Part shown: piece by piece, positions 40,478-49,595 of the stretch
Layout of the letters: each line of letters begins with the position of its first letter
Position numbering within the stretch: the first letter of the stretch is position 1
Origin: an uncultured archaeon
GTDB taxonomy: Archaea; Asgardarchaeota; Lokiarchaeia; Sigyniarchaeales; SOKP01
Reading direction: 5' to 3'
Length of the DNA stretch: 64,000 nucleotides
Assembly: GCA_964486045.1 (NCBI GenBank)
Contig: CAZALK010000009.1
Span: 1 to 64,000, forward strand
Notes under the pieces: generated by a model
The model's input: only the letters and a program-made list of their open reading frames with translations
What the model was told of the DNA's origin: nothing
Database searches by the model: none
Program-made: the position numbers and the translations under genes

Positions 40478-42211
40478 ATGAATCGAGAGTTTAAGATTGA
40501 AAAACAGTATTTGAATTTTCCAGTTAAACAGGGAAATGAAGGGAGTTTGATACACCTAATTATTGATGGTAATGTTGTACATGAATTTGAAATTTCGCTG
40601 GCGATAACCGAACCTGATTTCTGGATTTTTCTTGATGTTTCTGAATTTAAAGGTAAAAAAGTAACTTTACAAATCATTGAGGAAAACGAAGCATTTAATA
40701 AGATTTACTTGGATGATACATTTCCGGGGGAAGAAAATCTCTACAAAGAAAAACTGCGACCTCAATTTCATTTCTCTACCCGTCGTGGATGGATCAATGA
40801 TCCCAATGGTCTGGTTTATTATGATGGTGAATATCACCTATTTTACCAGCATAATCCCTATGATTGGCATCCTGGTACTAATGAGGTTAATATAACCTGG
40901 GGCCATGCAATAAGCAAAGATCTGATACACTGGAAAGAATTGCGTGATGCCATCCATCCGGATAACCTTGGTGTAGTCTATTCTGGTTCAGCAGTTATTG
41001 ATAAGCTGAATACTACAGGCTTTCAAAGTGGTGATGAAAAACCATTAATATGTATATATACTTCCGCAGGAGGTGGAAGCCCGTTGTCAAAAGGCAAACA
41101 TTTTACACTATCAATCGCATATAGTAATGACAGGGGTAGAACTTTCACTAAATATAGTGGAAATCCTGTTCAAGAAGAAATTGAACCATATAACCGTGAT
41201 CCAAAAGTTATTTGGCATGAGCCATCAAATCAATGGGTAATCGTGTTGTACTTAGATGGAAATGTTGTGGGTTTTTTCACTTCTAAAGACCTTAAATCTT
41301 GGGAACTTCAAAGTAAATATGGAAGAAAAACTCTTTATGAATGCCCAGAACTATTCCAAATGGCCATTGATGGAAATCAACAGAACAAGAAATGGATTCT
41401 GTATGCTGCTAATGGTCGTTATGATATAGGCCAATTTAATGGGAAAAACTTTATTCCTGATACCAAAGGGATTACTTTTAACTACGGGAATTGTTTCTAT
41501 GCATCACAGACTTTCAACAATATCCCTGAAGAAGATGGTAGACGTATTCAAATAGCATGGGGAGTAAATCCCATGCCAGGTATGCCTTTTAATCAACAGA
41601 TGCTTTTTCCTGTTGAACTTACACTAAGAACTACAGAAGATGGACCTCGACTATTTGTTCAACCTATAGATGAAATTAAGAAACTTTACGGTAAGGACTG
41701 GAAATTTCAAGATAAAGTTGTTGAAGAAGGTCACCATTCAATTTTGGAAGAAAAATATGATGAGGGTCTTTATAATATCTCAGCTGAGTTTGAAATCGGG
41801 AGTGCTGAAAGATTTGGAATTTTTATCAATGATATCCAAATTACGTATGAAATCAAGGAGCAAAAGCTCTATTGTCAAGAGCGTTATGCGGAATTAAAAC
41901 CGACGGAAGGCAAAATAAAATTCAGAATACTTGTTGATCGCACAACATTGGAACTTTTCGCCAACGATGGCCAAATCTATATGCCAATCCGTACACATAT
42001 TAACATCGCAGAGATTTCTGAGCTCTATTCAAAATTCGGTACAGATTTTAATATCACAGAACTTGTTGAGCACTTTCCATATAAATTTAATTATGCAGTG
42101 TCGTACACTAAACCTGTCATCATAGGGAAAGGTGATATTATAGTTTTTAGTGAAGGAGGAATAACTAAACTTGTTAAAATGGAAGTTCACGAGCTAAATT
42201 CAATTTGGTAG
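40478..42211 (+). CDS. Glycoside hydrolase family 32 (levanase/beta-fructofuranosidase)
   Basis: RPQFHFS..GWINDPNG, WGHAISKDLIHW, YSGSAV, RDPKV, YECPEL, FYASQTF. No signal peptide. Confidence 0.93.
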   Translation: MNREFKIEKQYLNFPVKQGNEGSLIHLIIDGNVVHEFEISLAITEPDFWIFLDVSEFKGKKVTLQIIEENEAFNKIYLDDTFPGEENLYKEKLRPQFHFSTRRGWINDPNGLVYYDGEYHLFYQHNPYDWHPGTNEVNITWGHAISKDLIHWKELRDAIHPDNLGVVYSGSAVIDKLNTTGFQSGDEKPLICIYTSAGGGSPLSKGKHFTLSIAYSNDRGRTFTKYSGNPVQEEIEPYNRDPKVIWHEPSNQWVIVLYLDGNVVGFFTSKDLKSWELQSKYGRKTLYECPELFQMAIDGNQQNKKWILYAANGRYDIGQFNGKNFIPDTKGITFNYGNCFYASQTFNNIPEEDGRRIQIAWGVNPMPGMPFNQQMLFPVELTLRTTEDGPRLFVQPIDEIKKLYGKDWKFQDKVVEEGHHSILEEKYDEGLYNISAEFEIGSAERFGIFINDIQITYEIKEQKLYCQERYAELKPTEGKIKFRILVDRTTLELFANDGQIYMPIRTHINIAEISELYSKFGTDFNITELVEHFPYKFNYAVSYTKPVIIGKGDIIVFSEGGITKLVKMEVHELNSIW

Positions 42212-42295
42212 TAAATGATTAAACATATTTAGAAGTAAAGGTATTTTTTAACAAAAATTAAAAAAAAAGTGTTAATTATAAATTTTATATTTTTT

Positions 42296-44623
42296 TTACT
42301 TTTGAGCACGTTTTCTCTTTCTATTTAGCGACAAACCGATTCCTGTAAAAGTTACTATAGTAATGGATAAAACTGCTGCCATTTCATACCCTGGGATTTG
42401 GACACCAGCACCACCACCAACCGTTCCTATATATTTAACGAATCCATATCCCAATCTTGGTAATTGCCATTCAAAATCTTTATTTATTGCAAATCCCGTC
42501 AGGCTAGAAGCTATCATGATTTCCGTATAATGCCAGGTTTGAAAGTGTTTGGTCATGTTATTCCAAACTTCTTGAGCTGTAATTTTATCTACAAACCAAG
42601 TCATATCTATCCATCGATCAACAGTCGCATTATAATGAAATCCTGTGTTAGTCAGCCCTTCGAATGGAAAGATGGCATAATCAAATGCATAATCAGCAGA
42701 TCCGGGACTCCTATAGAAATATTCAGCGACTGGGCCATATTTATAGTTTAAGCTTCCCCACTCACTGGGGAGTCCGTGAGATGTGAACCATGGAACTGAT
42801 CCTATATCTTCCCCAAACAATACAGTGTAAACATCTGGTTGTATTAATAAGTTACCATCAGGTGCTCCATTTAGACCGCCCAATACCATCCCTATATCTT
42901 TAATGGAATTTCCAAATACGCTCGCCTTGTCAAAATTGCTTATATCCCAAAGGAGCTTAAATTCAAAGATTGGATTAGAATTTGCGACACTAACCCAATC
43001 TGCAGTTGCATTATTGATATCTAAACCCCTAGCAGCTATAGTTGCATTCAAGAAAGGATCATCAATGAGAGTTTGTCGTGCTATAGTGAGATCTCTGGTT
43101 GCAAGAGGTATACTTGGGTTATAGTATTCATTTGTACTCGGAAGAAAACCATCAGATCGTACCGCACGTCCTCCTTTAATAACATTAATATATGTATCAT
43201 AATCAAACGCGTAACTAAGCGCTTTCCTCATAGCTCTATTAATTCCATCAGTATAAACCCGTCCATCAACATCATCAACATCTGCCAAGTATCTCATATC
43301 CCCAAGCCAGGGAAATTGCGAGTAGGTAGCATCTGTTAAATTAACAACAGATGGACCCCAATCTGCCCAGTCTTTCCAATACGTTTCATTGATAGAATTC
43401 AATGTAATAAAATCGCGATCTAGACCAACACCCGTTTCAACGTAATTAATATCGGGATGTGCAACCATGTCAGCATAGACCAGTTGACCGTCATCAGCGG
43501 TGTAATCTATGTCTCCTGTGACCATGGCTAAATTCCTTACCTGAAATCCTGTTGTAGTTGTTATAAAGGTAGCGACAGAAATTTTTGGTACCTTGTGTAA
43601 ATCCAAAGCTTGCATGGCAGTAGAATTCCACCAGTCATCAAATCTTTCCATAGTACCTTGTCCTAGTACATCATCGTGCTCGATAAATCTGTAAGGTCCC
43701 GTACCAATCAAATGCCCAGGAAATCCTGTAGAAGGATAACCTCCGGAAACATCTGGTTGTCCAAATCCAGAGACATCTCCCAAACCCTTTATTGGTATAT
43801 CGAAATAGTCTTTATACGCGTCCATTGAAATCATAGTATGGTCATCAACGTATAGAAATACAGCACTCCAATCATTAAAGTAAACCTTAATTTTTCCTCC
43901 AGATTGTTTATCTTCTGTTATAGTCACATTTTTAATTCTGGAATATGCACCATCATAAGCCCAATCATAAAGCCAACCCCAGACTGGGTGGGCTGAGCTA
44001 GACTTAGTAGCTCCATACTCTGCATATGATGCAGGTTGTCCAATAAATTGTGATACATTCCAAGTGTCAGTTTCAAATTGTGACCAGTGTGCGGCGGGTA
44101 ACCAATAACTAAATATCGCTTTATACATCTCATCTGTCATCAAATCAGGTGTTAATTCACCAGTTAAATTTCCAGAGATTACTATATCACGATCAATATT
44201 CCATTTCGCAACCGTTGCGTTAAAATCTGATCCATCATGAAATTTAACGCCCTCTCGCAGAGTGAATTCTATTGCCCGAACACCACCTTTGTTCATAAAT
44301 GGTCCGTCTGGGTGGTAATTCATTTCATCTGGCCACGGAGTTATGGTCCAACTTGTTGCTAGCACTGGGATCATAGTGTTAAATTCACCGTCCCAATCCG
44401 TAGGCCATTGAGCTAACGGCTCAACAGTTTCAGCGCTATAAACAGCACCAGCAAATCCTGCTGAGGCGATAGCACCATCCCAACTTCCTATTGCACCGCC
44501 AGTTACTCCTATTTTGAATGCTGGTACTTGTGCAGTTGTAGGTTGAGCTATTACAGGGAAGAAAGGTAATACAAGAGAACTAAGTAAAAGTAGTAAAATT
44601 ATTTTAGTTGAAAATTTTCGAAT
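42296..44623 (-). CDS. ABC transporter substrate-binding protein family 5 (DppA/OppA-like), with signal peptide and IPGY-TM-basic C-terminal anchor
   Basis: FTLREGVKFHDGSDFNATVAKWNIDR, IGTGPY, MRKALSYAFDY; C-terminus QIPGYEMAAVLSITIVTFTGIGLSLNRKRKRAQK. The frame extends 83 codons upstream of ATG 44374 to ATT 44623, giving the signal peptide (M)RKFSTKIILLLLLSSLVLPFFPVIAQ. Confidence 0.88.
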   Translation of the reverse strand: MRKFSTKIILLLLLSSLVLPFFPVIAQPTTAQVPAFKIGVTGGAIGSWDGAIASAGFAGAVYSAETVEPLAQWPTDWDGEFNTMIPVLATSWTITPWPDEMNYHPDGPFMNKGGVRAIEFTLREGVKFHDGSDFNATVAKWNIDRDIVISGNLTGELTPDLMTDEMYKAIFSYWLPAAHWSQFETDTWNVSQFIGQPASYAEYGATKSSSAHPVWGWLYDWAYDGAYSRIKNVTITEDKQSGGKIKVYFNDWSAVFLYVDDHTMISMDAYKDYFDIPIKGLGDVSGFGQPDVSGGYPSTGFPGHLIGTGPYRFIEHDDVLGQGTMERFDDWWNSTAMQALDLHKVPKISVATFITTTTGFQVRNLAMVTGDIDYTADDGQLVYADMVAHPDINYVETGVGLDRDFITLNSINETYWKDWADWGPSVVNLTDATYSQFPWLGDMRYLADVDDVDGRVYTDGINRAMRKALSYAFDYDTYINVIKGGRAVRSDGFLPSTNEYYNPSIPLATRDLTIARQTLIDDPFLNATIAARGLDINNATADWVSVANSNPIFEFKLLWDISNFDKASVFGNSIKDIGMVLGGLNGAPDGNLLIQPDVYTVLFGEDIGSVPWFTSHGLPSEWGSLNYKYGPVAEYFYRSPGSADYAFDYAIFPFEGLTNTGFHYNATVDRWIDMTWFVDKITAQEVWNNMTKHFQTWHYTEIMIASSLTGFAINKDFEWQLPRLGYGFVKYIGTVGGGAGVQIPGYEMAAVLSITIVTFTGIGLSLNRKRKRAQK

Positions 44624-44630
44624 TGTTTTT

Positions 44631-44636
44631 TCACCT
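44631..44636 (-). promoter_or_regulatory. Ribosome-binding site AGGTGA of the substrate-binding protein gene
   Basis: AGGTGA lies 7 nt upstream of ATT 44623; the same motif lies 6 nt upstream of ATG 28209. Confidence 0.55.
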
Positions 44637-44812
44637 TATTTTTAAAATAGAGTTTTGTTATTAAATGTTTATGATGTGAAAATATATAAATGTTTCACAT
44701 GTTCAATTGATTTTACATAATTTAGACCACAAATAGTCGCATTAACAATAAAAAGGTATAAATAGAAATTTCAATTTTTATAAGTATTAAAGTCAGAATC
44801 TACAATTAAAAT

Positions 44813-45346
44813 ATGAGAAAAAGAAGCTCTAAAATAAAAGAAAAACCCTTAATGGAAAATAGCTCAGAATTAAAGGGACATTTTCACATGGATTGGGGAA
44901 GACAAGGAACGGTTATCATTGCATACATTGCTGTTTTATTAGGCTACTTTGGAATTGTCGCAAATATAATTTTGGTAGATGATATTGGCAATTGGATCCC
45001 ATATCCTGAAATGGATCCTACGATTTTGATCTGGACCTATAAAGTATATCCGGATACGTTCTACTTACCGATTTTATTACTATTTTTAATAAGCTTTTTA
45101 TTAACTTATAAGGAAGATATTCCCCATTATGGGATAAAAGCTTCATTATGGCTAGTACCCCCATTAATAGCTGAAGGTTTTTTGTTTTATTGGATAATGT
45201 TTGGACTCTCTGCTGAGCCTTTCATTTTACAATTTGCTCATGGGGAGGGTTATTTAAATATTTTAATACTATATGGGTGTACGTTTACTGGGGGCTTAAG
45301 TGGGATGAAATTTAAACAGTTTATTAAAAAGAGAAGAAAATTTTAA
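44813..45346 (+). CDS. Four-TM hypothetical membrane protein heading the Dpp/Opp-like operon
   Basis: Four hydrophobic segments and a basic C-terminus; co-oriented, 39 nt before the permease gene. Confidence 0.75.
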   Translation: MRKRSSKIKEKPLMENSSELKGHFHMDWGRQGTVIIAYIAVLLGYFGIVANIILVDDIGNWIPYPEMDPTILIWTYKVYPDTFYLPILLLFLISFLLTYKEDIPHYGIKASLWLVPPLIAEGFLFYWIMFGLSAEPFILQFAHGEGYLNILILYGCTFTGGLSGMKFKQFIKKRRKF

Positions 45347-45385
45347 GCAAAAAGAAGTAATTATAAAAGAGAGAGGGGTAATAAA

Positions 45386-46450
45386 TTGGCTCGGAAAGCA
45401 AAAAATATGGTAAAATATATCATTAAGCGAATTCTTATCATGTTTCCGCTGTTAATACTTGCTTTAATAAGTACATGGGTTTTATCAAACCTGATGACAG
45501 TAGATCCTACACTGAATAGAGTAGGTCTTACAGATCCAGTAGTTCTTGAACTGGAGAGAAGAAGAGTTGGATATTATGACCCTTGGCTTGTTAAACTTGG
45601 TAAGTATTTAGTAAACTTTTTCACGGGAGATTGGGGTGAATCTTATATACTCAAGCCAGGAAAACCTGTCCTTACACTTATTAGGGAGATCTTTCCTAAG
45701 ACTATTGAATTGATGATAATTCCAACGATTATAGCCCCAATTATTGCTGTCAAACTTGGGACTAGTGCAGCAAGTAACAAGTATAAAAAGAAAGATACTA
45801 TTATTCGTTTTATTGCGATAATCGGAGCGGGTTTCCCAGTTTTTTGGTTTGCTACCATTATTCAAATTGGTTTTGGTGTTTATATAACCGATTTAACCAA
45901 TGGTCAAATTGATATTCCCGTTATGTTCACAAATACACTAGGATATTCCTACCCAGGCCCCATAGATGGATTTAGAACAAACTTCCGAATAATTGATGCC
46001 ATTATATACAATGATCAAGCTTTTCTATGGGACTCAATCTCACATTTGATTCTTCCGACGGTATGTATGGTTTTTGTTTCAATATCGGGGTTAACGGCAC
46101 TAACGCGCTCAAGCATGTTAGAAGTGTTAGATCAAGATTATATTAGAACTGCTCGTGCAAAAGGAGTTGAAGAAAACGATGTTATTGATAAACATGCACT
46201 TCGCAATGCCCTACTCCCATCAAGTGACAAAATCATTGGGGGTTTATTGGGAGCATTTCTAGGATCACTTTTTATTGAGACAGTTTTTGCTTACGAAGGG
46301 TTTGGGTATTATCTTGTCCAATCAATTCTTCAAGGCGATTATTTGGTCATTAATGGTTTAACGGTATTCACCGTAATATTTACTCTTATTGGAACCTTAC
46401 TCTCTGATGTAATGTATACAATTATCGATCCGAGGATAACTTATAAATAA
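45386..46450 (+). CDS. dppB: Peptide/nickel ABC transporter permease (DppB/OppB-like)
   Basis: YIIKRIL, GDWGES, HLILP, EAA loop TRSSMLEVLDQDYIRTARAKG, KHALRNALLP, IETVF, IIDPRI. Confidence 0.9.
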   Translation: MARKAKNMVKYIIKRILIMFPLLILALISTWVLSNLMTVDPTLNRVGLTDPVVLELERRRVGYYDPWLVKLGKYLVNFFTGDWGESYILKPGKPVLTLIREIFPKTIELMIIPTIIAPIIAVKLGTSAASNKYKKKDTIIRFIAIIGAGFPVFWFATIIQIGFGVYITDLTNGQIDIPVMFTNTLGYSYPGPIDGFRTNFRIIDAIIYNDQAFLWDSISHLILPTVCMVFVSISGLTALTRSSMLEVLDQDYIRTARAKGVEENDVIDKHALRNALLPSSDKIIGGLLGAFLGSLFIETVFAYEGFGYYLVQSILQGDYLVINGLTVFTVIFTLIGTLLSDVMYTIIDPRITYK

Positions 46451-46477
46451 AAATTAATTAAAATAATAATTTAAAAT

Positions 46478-47479
46478 ATGACTGAACAAGATATAACAAT
46501 AGAAGAAGTAGATTATACGGATTTTTCCGTAGGTGGTAAGAAGAAATGGGTAAACCTAATGAAATTTTATTTACTTCCTACTTGGCGTAATCCAGAATTC
46601 ACTGCTTATGAAAATGAAATTGAAAAAATAAAATCAAAAAGGCGGGTATTCCGTCGTCTTCTTACACCTTTAACAATTACTGGGTTATTGTTGATTTTAT
46701 TTATTGTAGTATTAGCAGTATATGGTCCTTGGTTTACCGAGATTCCGTTACAAGAATTAACATTGCCATTTGTACCTTCTGACGGAATCCCTTTCGATGA
46801 ACCGAGTCCAGAACATCCACTAGGAACAACATTGTACGGATATGATATTTATGCTCGGATAATTTGGGGTGCTAGAACTACAGTAGGAATGGCGTTTATT
46901 CCTGTAATTATAGGAACGGGAGGTGGGCTTATTTTAGGAACAATTTCAGCTTATTTTGGTGGCCCAGTTGATTATGCTATGATGCGTTTTGTTGATTTAA
47001 TGTATATATTACCAATGGGAATTTTAGGTTTTATTCTTATTCCCACGGTTGGTGAAGATTTAATGGCTATGCTTGTAATTTTTGGGATACTCGGAATTCC
47101 TGCTAACATAAGGTTTATGCGAACAATGGTTTTGCTAGTAAAAGAAATGGTTTTTGTAAAGGCAGCAAAAACAGGTGGTGCTCTTAAATTCAAAATCATG
47201 TTTAAACATATTGTACCAAACGCGATATCTCCTATAATAATTAGTGTCTTTTGGGGAGCTGCGGGTACAGTTTTAGGTTTAGCGGGGCTTGGTTTTCTTG
47301 GTTTAGGACCCCAAACAGTTGCGACTTGGGGAACTGATGTTAATTGGGGTGCCGGTCGCTTATTAACTGGTAGAGGGGCAGCAATCTGGCCAGGTATTTT
47401 TCTCGGAATAATATCTGCAGGGTTTATGTTAGTAGGAGATGGATTGAGGGACGCTTTAGATCCACGATTTCACAAATAA
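46478..47479 (+). CDS. dppC: Peptide/nickel ABC transporter permease (DppC/OppC-like)
   Basis: PSPEHPLGT..YGYDIYARIIWGAR, FVKAAKTGGA, KHIVPNAISPI, GFLGLG, GDGLRDALDPR. Confidence 0.9.
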   Translation: MTEQDITIEEVDYTDFSVGGKKKWVNLMKFYLLPTWRNPEFTAYENEIEKIKSKRRVFRRLLTPLTITGLLLILFIVVLAVYGPWFTEIPLQELTLPFVPSDGIPFDEPSPEHPLGTTLYGYDIYARIIWGARTTVGMAFIPVIIGTGGGLILGTISAYFGGPVDYAMMRFVDLMYILPMGILGFILIPTVGEDLMAMLVIFGILGIPANIRFMRTMVLLVKEMVFVKAAKTGGALKFKIMFKHIVPNAISPIIISVFWGAAGTVLGLAGLGFLGLGPQTVATWGTDVNWGAGRLLTGRGAAIWPGIFLGIISAGFMLVGDGLRDALDPRFHK

Positions 47480-47497
47480 AAAAAGGTAGACAATAAA

Positions 47498-49495
47498 ATG
47501 AAGAATACCAAAAGGCAATTTTGGATCCCTTCAACTATTATTCTAAACATAACGTTTTTTGGGAGTTTATTAGTAATTATTTATGTGTTTCAGCTTGGAA
47601 TGTCATTAATTGAAGCTTTGATAGCAGCTATTGTCTTATATTTAAGTGCTGGCATTCTAAATAATAATCTCCGAGAGGAAGTTCGGATTTCTAAAATTGT
47701 TCACAGGTTTAGTTCGGGTGTAAGCACCTTTATAATTTTTGGGATAATACTCATTATTCGCCTTCTTTTTGAAGCTCTCGGAAATTTTTATATTTTTGAG
47801 GATTTCTATTTATTCAGATTTTTGAATACAGATGCATTTTTATTTGCCATAATGGTTACAATATTTCTACCCTTACACGCCATTTTTTTAAAGCGATTTG
47901 CAAAATACAAATTGCATGATGATGAGAATATTATCCAGAGCGAACAATTCAGAAGAGTTTATATAAAATTTATAATACTAGCATGGATCGTTGGAGCCAT
48001 CTTTTTATCAATTCCGCTCCTCAAAATTCCTATGGGAAATCCTGATATATTTAATCTTGGTTTTGTTTGGGCTATTTTTACAATCGGTTTTGCTATTATT
48101 ATAACAATCATAGTTAATAGAACTCGTTCAACTGAAACACGTATTCCAAATTTTGTGCTTAAACAAGCTATGTATACTGGTGGATTTATCTCATTTGGAA
48201 TTTGGTCTATTCAGCTTGTTATTGTTGAACTGTATTTACGGAGATTATTCAGTATCACTCTATATATTCAGGATATTCGTATTTTAATTCTAGTTGTTAA
48301 TTCTGTATATATTGCCGTTTTTTTTATTACTTTAAAGAAAATATTTAAACCTCTATCTGCTGAAAGGAGTGAGTTAAAACTTCAGAAAGCATTTGAGATA
48401 TATGAGAAAAAACAAGGTGAAGAAATAAAGGTAGTTGGAAATCAAATTCTTTTGGATGTTCAAGATCTCACGACTTATTTTTACACAGAAGAAGGAATTG
48501 TAAAAGCTGTTGAAGGTGTTTCTTTTAAAATTCATGAGGGTGAAACTCTTGGTCTTGTTGGAGAAACTGGTTGTGGAAAATCCGTAACAGCATTATCAAT
48601 TCTACAATTAGTACGCCCACCAGGAAAGATAGAAGAAGGAAAAGTCATATTTAGGGGAGAAGATTTATTTCAAAAATCGATATCTAAAGTATTGAAATAT
48701 CGTGGAAAAGATATTACCATGATTTTTCAAGATCCCCTTAATTCTCTTAATCCTGTTTTTAAAATCGGGTCTCAAATCACTGAAGTTTATCTCTTGCATA
48801 TGGAAAATGAGTTACTCGTGGAATCGTCTAAACAGAATACAAGCATTTTTGCTGTTGCCCGAGAATGGGGTGAGAAACTTTTACGAGATTTAAATATCCC
48901 CTTCCCCAATTTAGTCTTTGATCTATACCCTCATGAACTGAGTGGGGGAATGCGACAAAGGGTTCAGATCGCTATGGGTCTTGCGTGCAAACCGAAACTT
49001 TTAATCGCGGATGAGCCTACAACAGCATTGGACGTAACCATTCAAAATCAAATTCTGAAGTTAATGAAGGATCTTAAGAGTAAATTTAATACCTCAATTT
49101 TGTTTATAACACATGATCTAGGAATAATTTCTAAAATGTGTGATAGGGTTGCTGTGATGTATTCCGGTTTTATTGTCGAAAATGGGAATATTCAAAAATT
49201 ATTTATAAAACCATATCACCCTTATACTAGAAGTCTTATAGGCTCTGTTCCTGTTGTTGGGAAGAAGAAACGCCGTCTTGAAGTTATAGGAGGAACGGTT
49301 CCAAACCTGATTTATCCACCCTCTGGATGCAGATTTCATCCTCGATGCAAATACTGCTTCGAGCCTTGCGATTCAAAAATCGTAAAAAGTATAGAGGTTG
49401 AACCAGATTATTTTGTCGCATGTCATCTTTATGATCCAGAATATAAAGAATTATCAGAAATTTCTATAAAAAAAGCGGAAGAAAAAAATCATTAA
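47498..49495 (+). CDS. DppD/OppD-like ATPase with a fused N-terminal multipass membrane domain (~280 aa)
   Basis: About 8 hydrophobic segments, then LLDVQDL, GETGCGKS, YPHELSGGMRQRV, LLIADEPTTALDV, ITHDLG and the Cys-rich oligo-HPY tail (HPYT..PPSGCRFHPRC). Confidence 0.88.
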   Translation: MKNTKRQFWIPSTIILNITFFGSLLVIIYVFQLGMSLIEALIAAIVLYLSAGILNNNLREEVRISKIVHRFSSGVSTFIIFGIILIIRLLFEALGNFYIFEDFYLFRFLNTDAFLFAIMVTIFLPLHAIFLKRFAKYKLHDDENIIQSEQFRRVYIKFIILAWIVGAIFLSIPLLKIPMGNPDIFNLGFVWAIFTIGFAIIITIIVNRTRSTETRIPNFVLKQAMYTGGFISFGIWSIQLVIVELYLRRLFSITLYIQDIRILILVVNSVYIAVFFITLKKIFKPLSAERSELKLQKAFEIYEKKQGEEIKVVGNQILLDVQDLTTYFYTEEGIVKAVEGVSFKIHEGETLGLVGETGCGKSVTALSILQLVRPPGKIEEGKVIFRGEDLFQKSISKVLKYRGKDITMIFQDPLNSLNPVFKIGSQITEVYLLHMENELLVESSKQNTSIFAVAREWGEKLLRDLNIPFPNLVFDLYPHELSGGMRQRVQIAMGLACKPKLLIADEPTTALDVTIQNQILKLMKDLKSKFNTSILFITHDLGIISKMCDRVAVMYSGFIVENGNIQKLFIKPYHPYTRSLIGSVPVVGKKKRRLEVIGGTVPNLIYPPSGCRFHPRCKYCFEPCDSKIVKSIEVEPDYFVACHLYDPEYKELSEISIKKAEEKNH

Positions 49496-49595
49496 AACTT
49501 ATTATGATAATTAATAGAACAGAAAAACTCAAAAAATTGCAGTAAAAAACGGAATTCAATCTTAAAGTGTAAAAAAAAATGGAGGATAAATCGAA

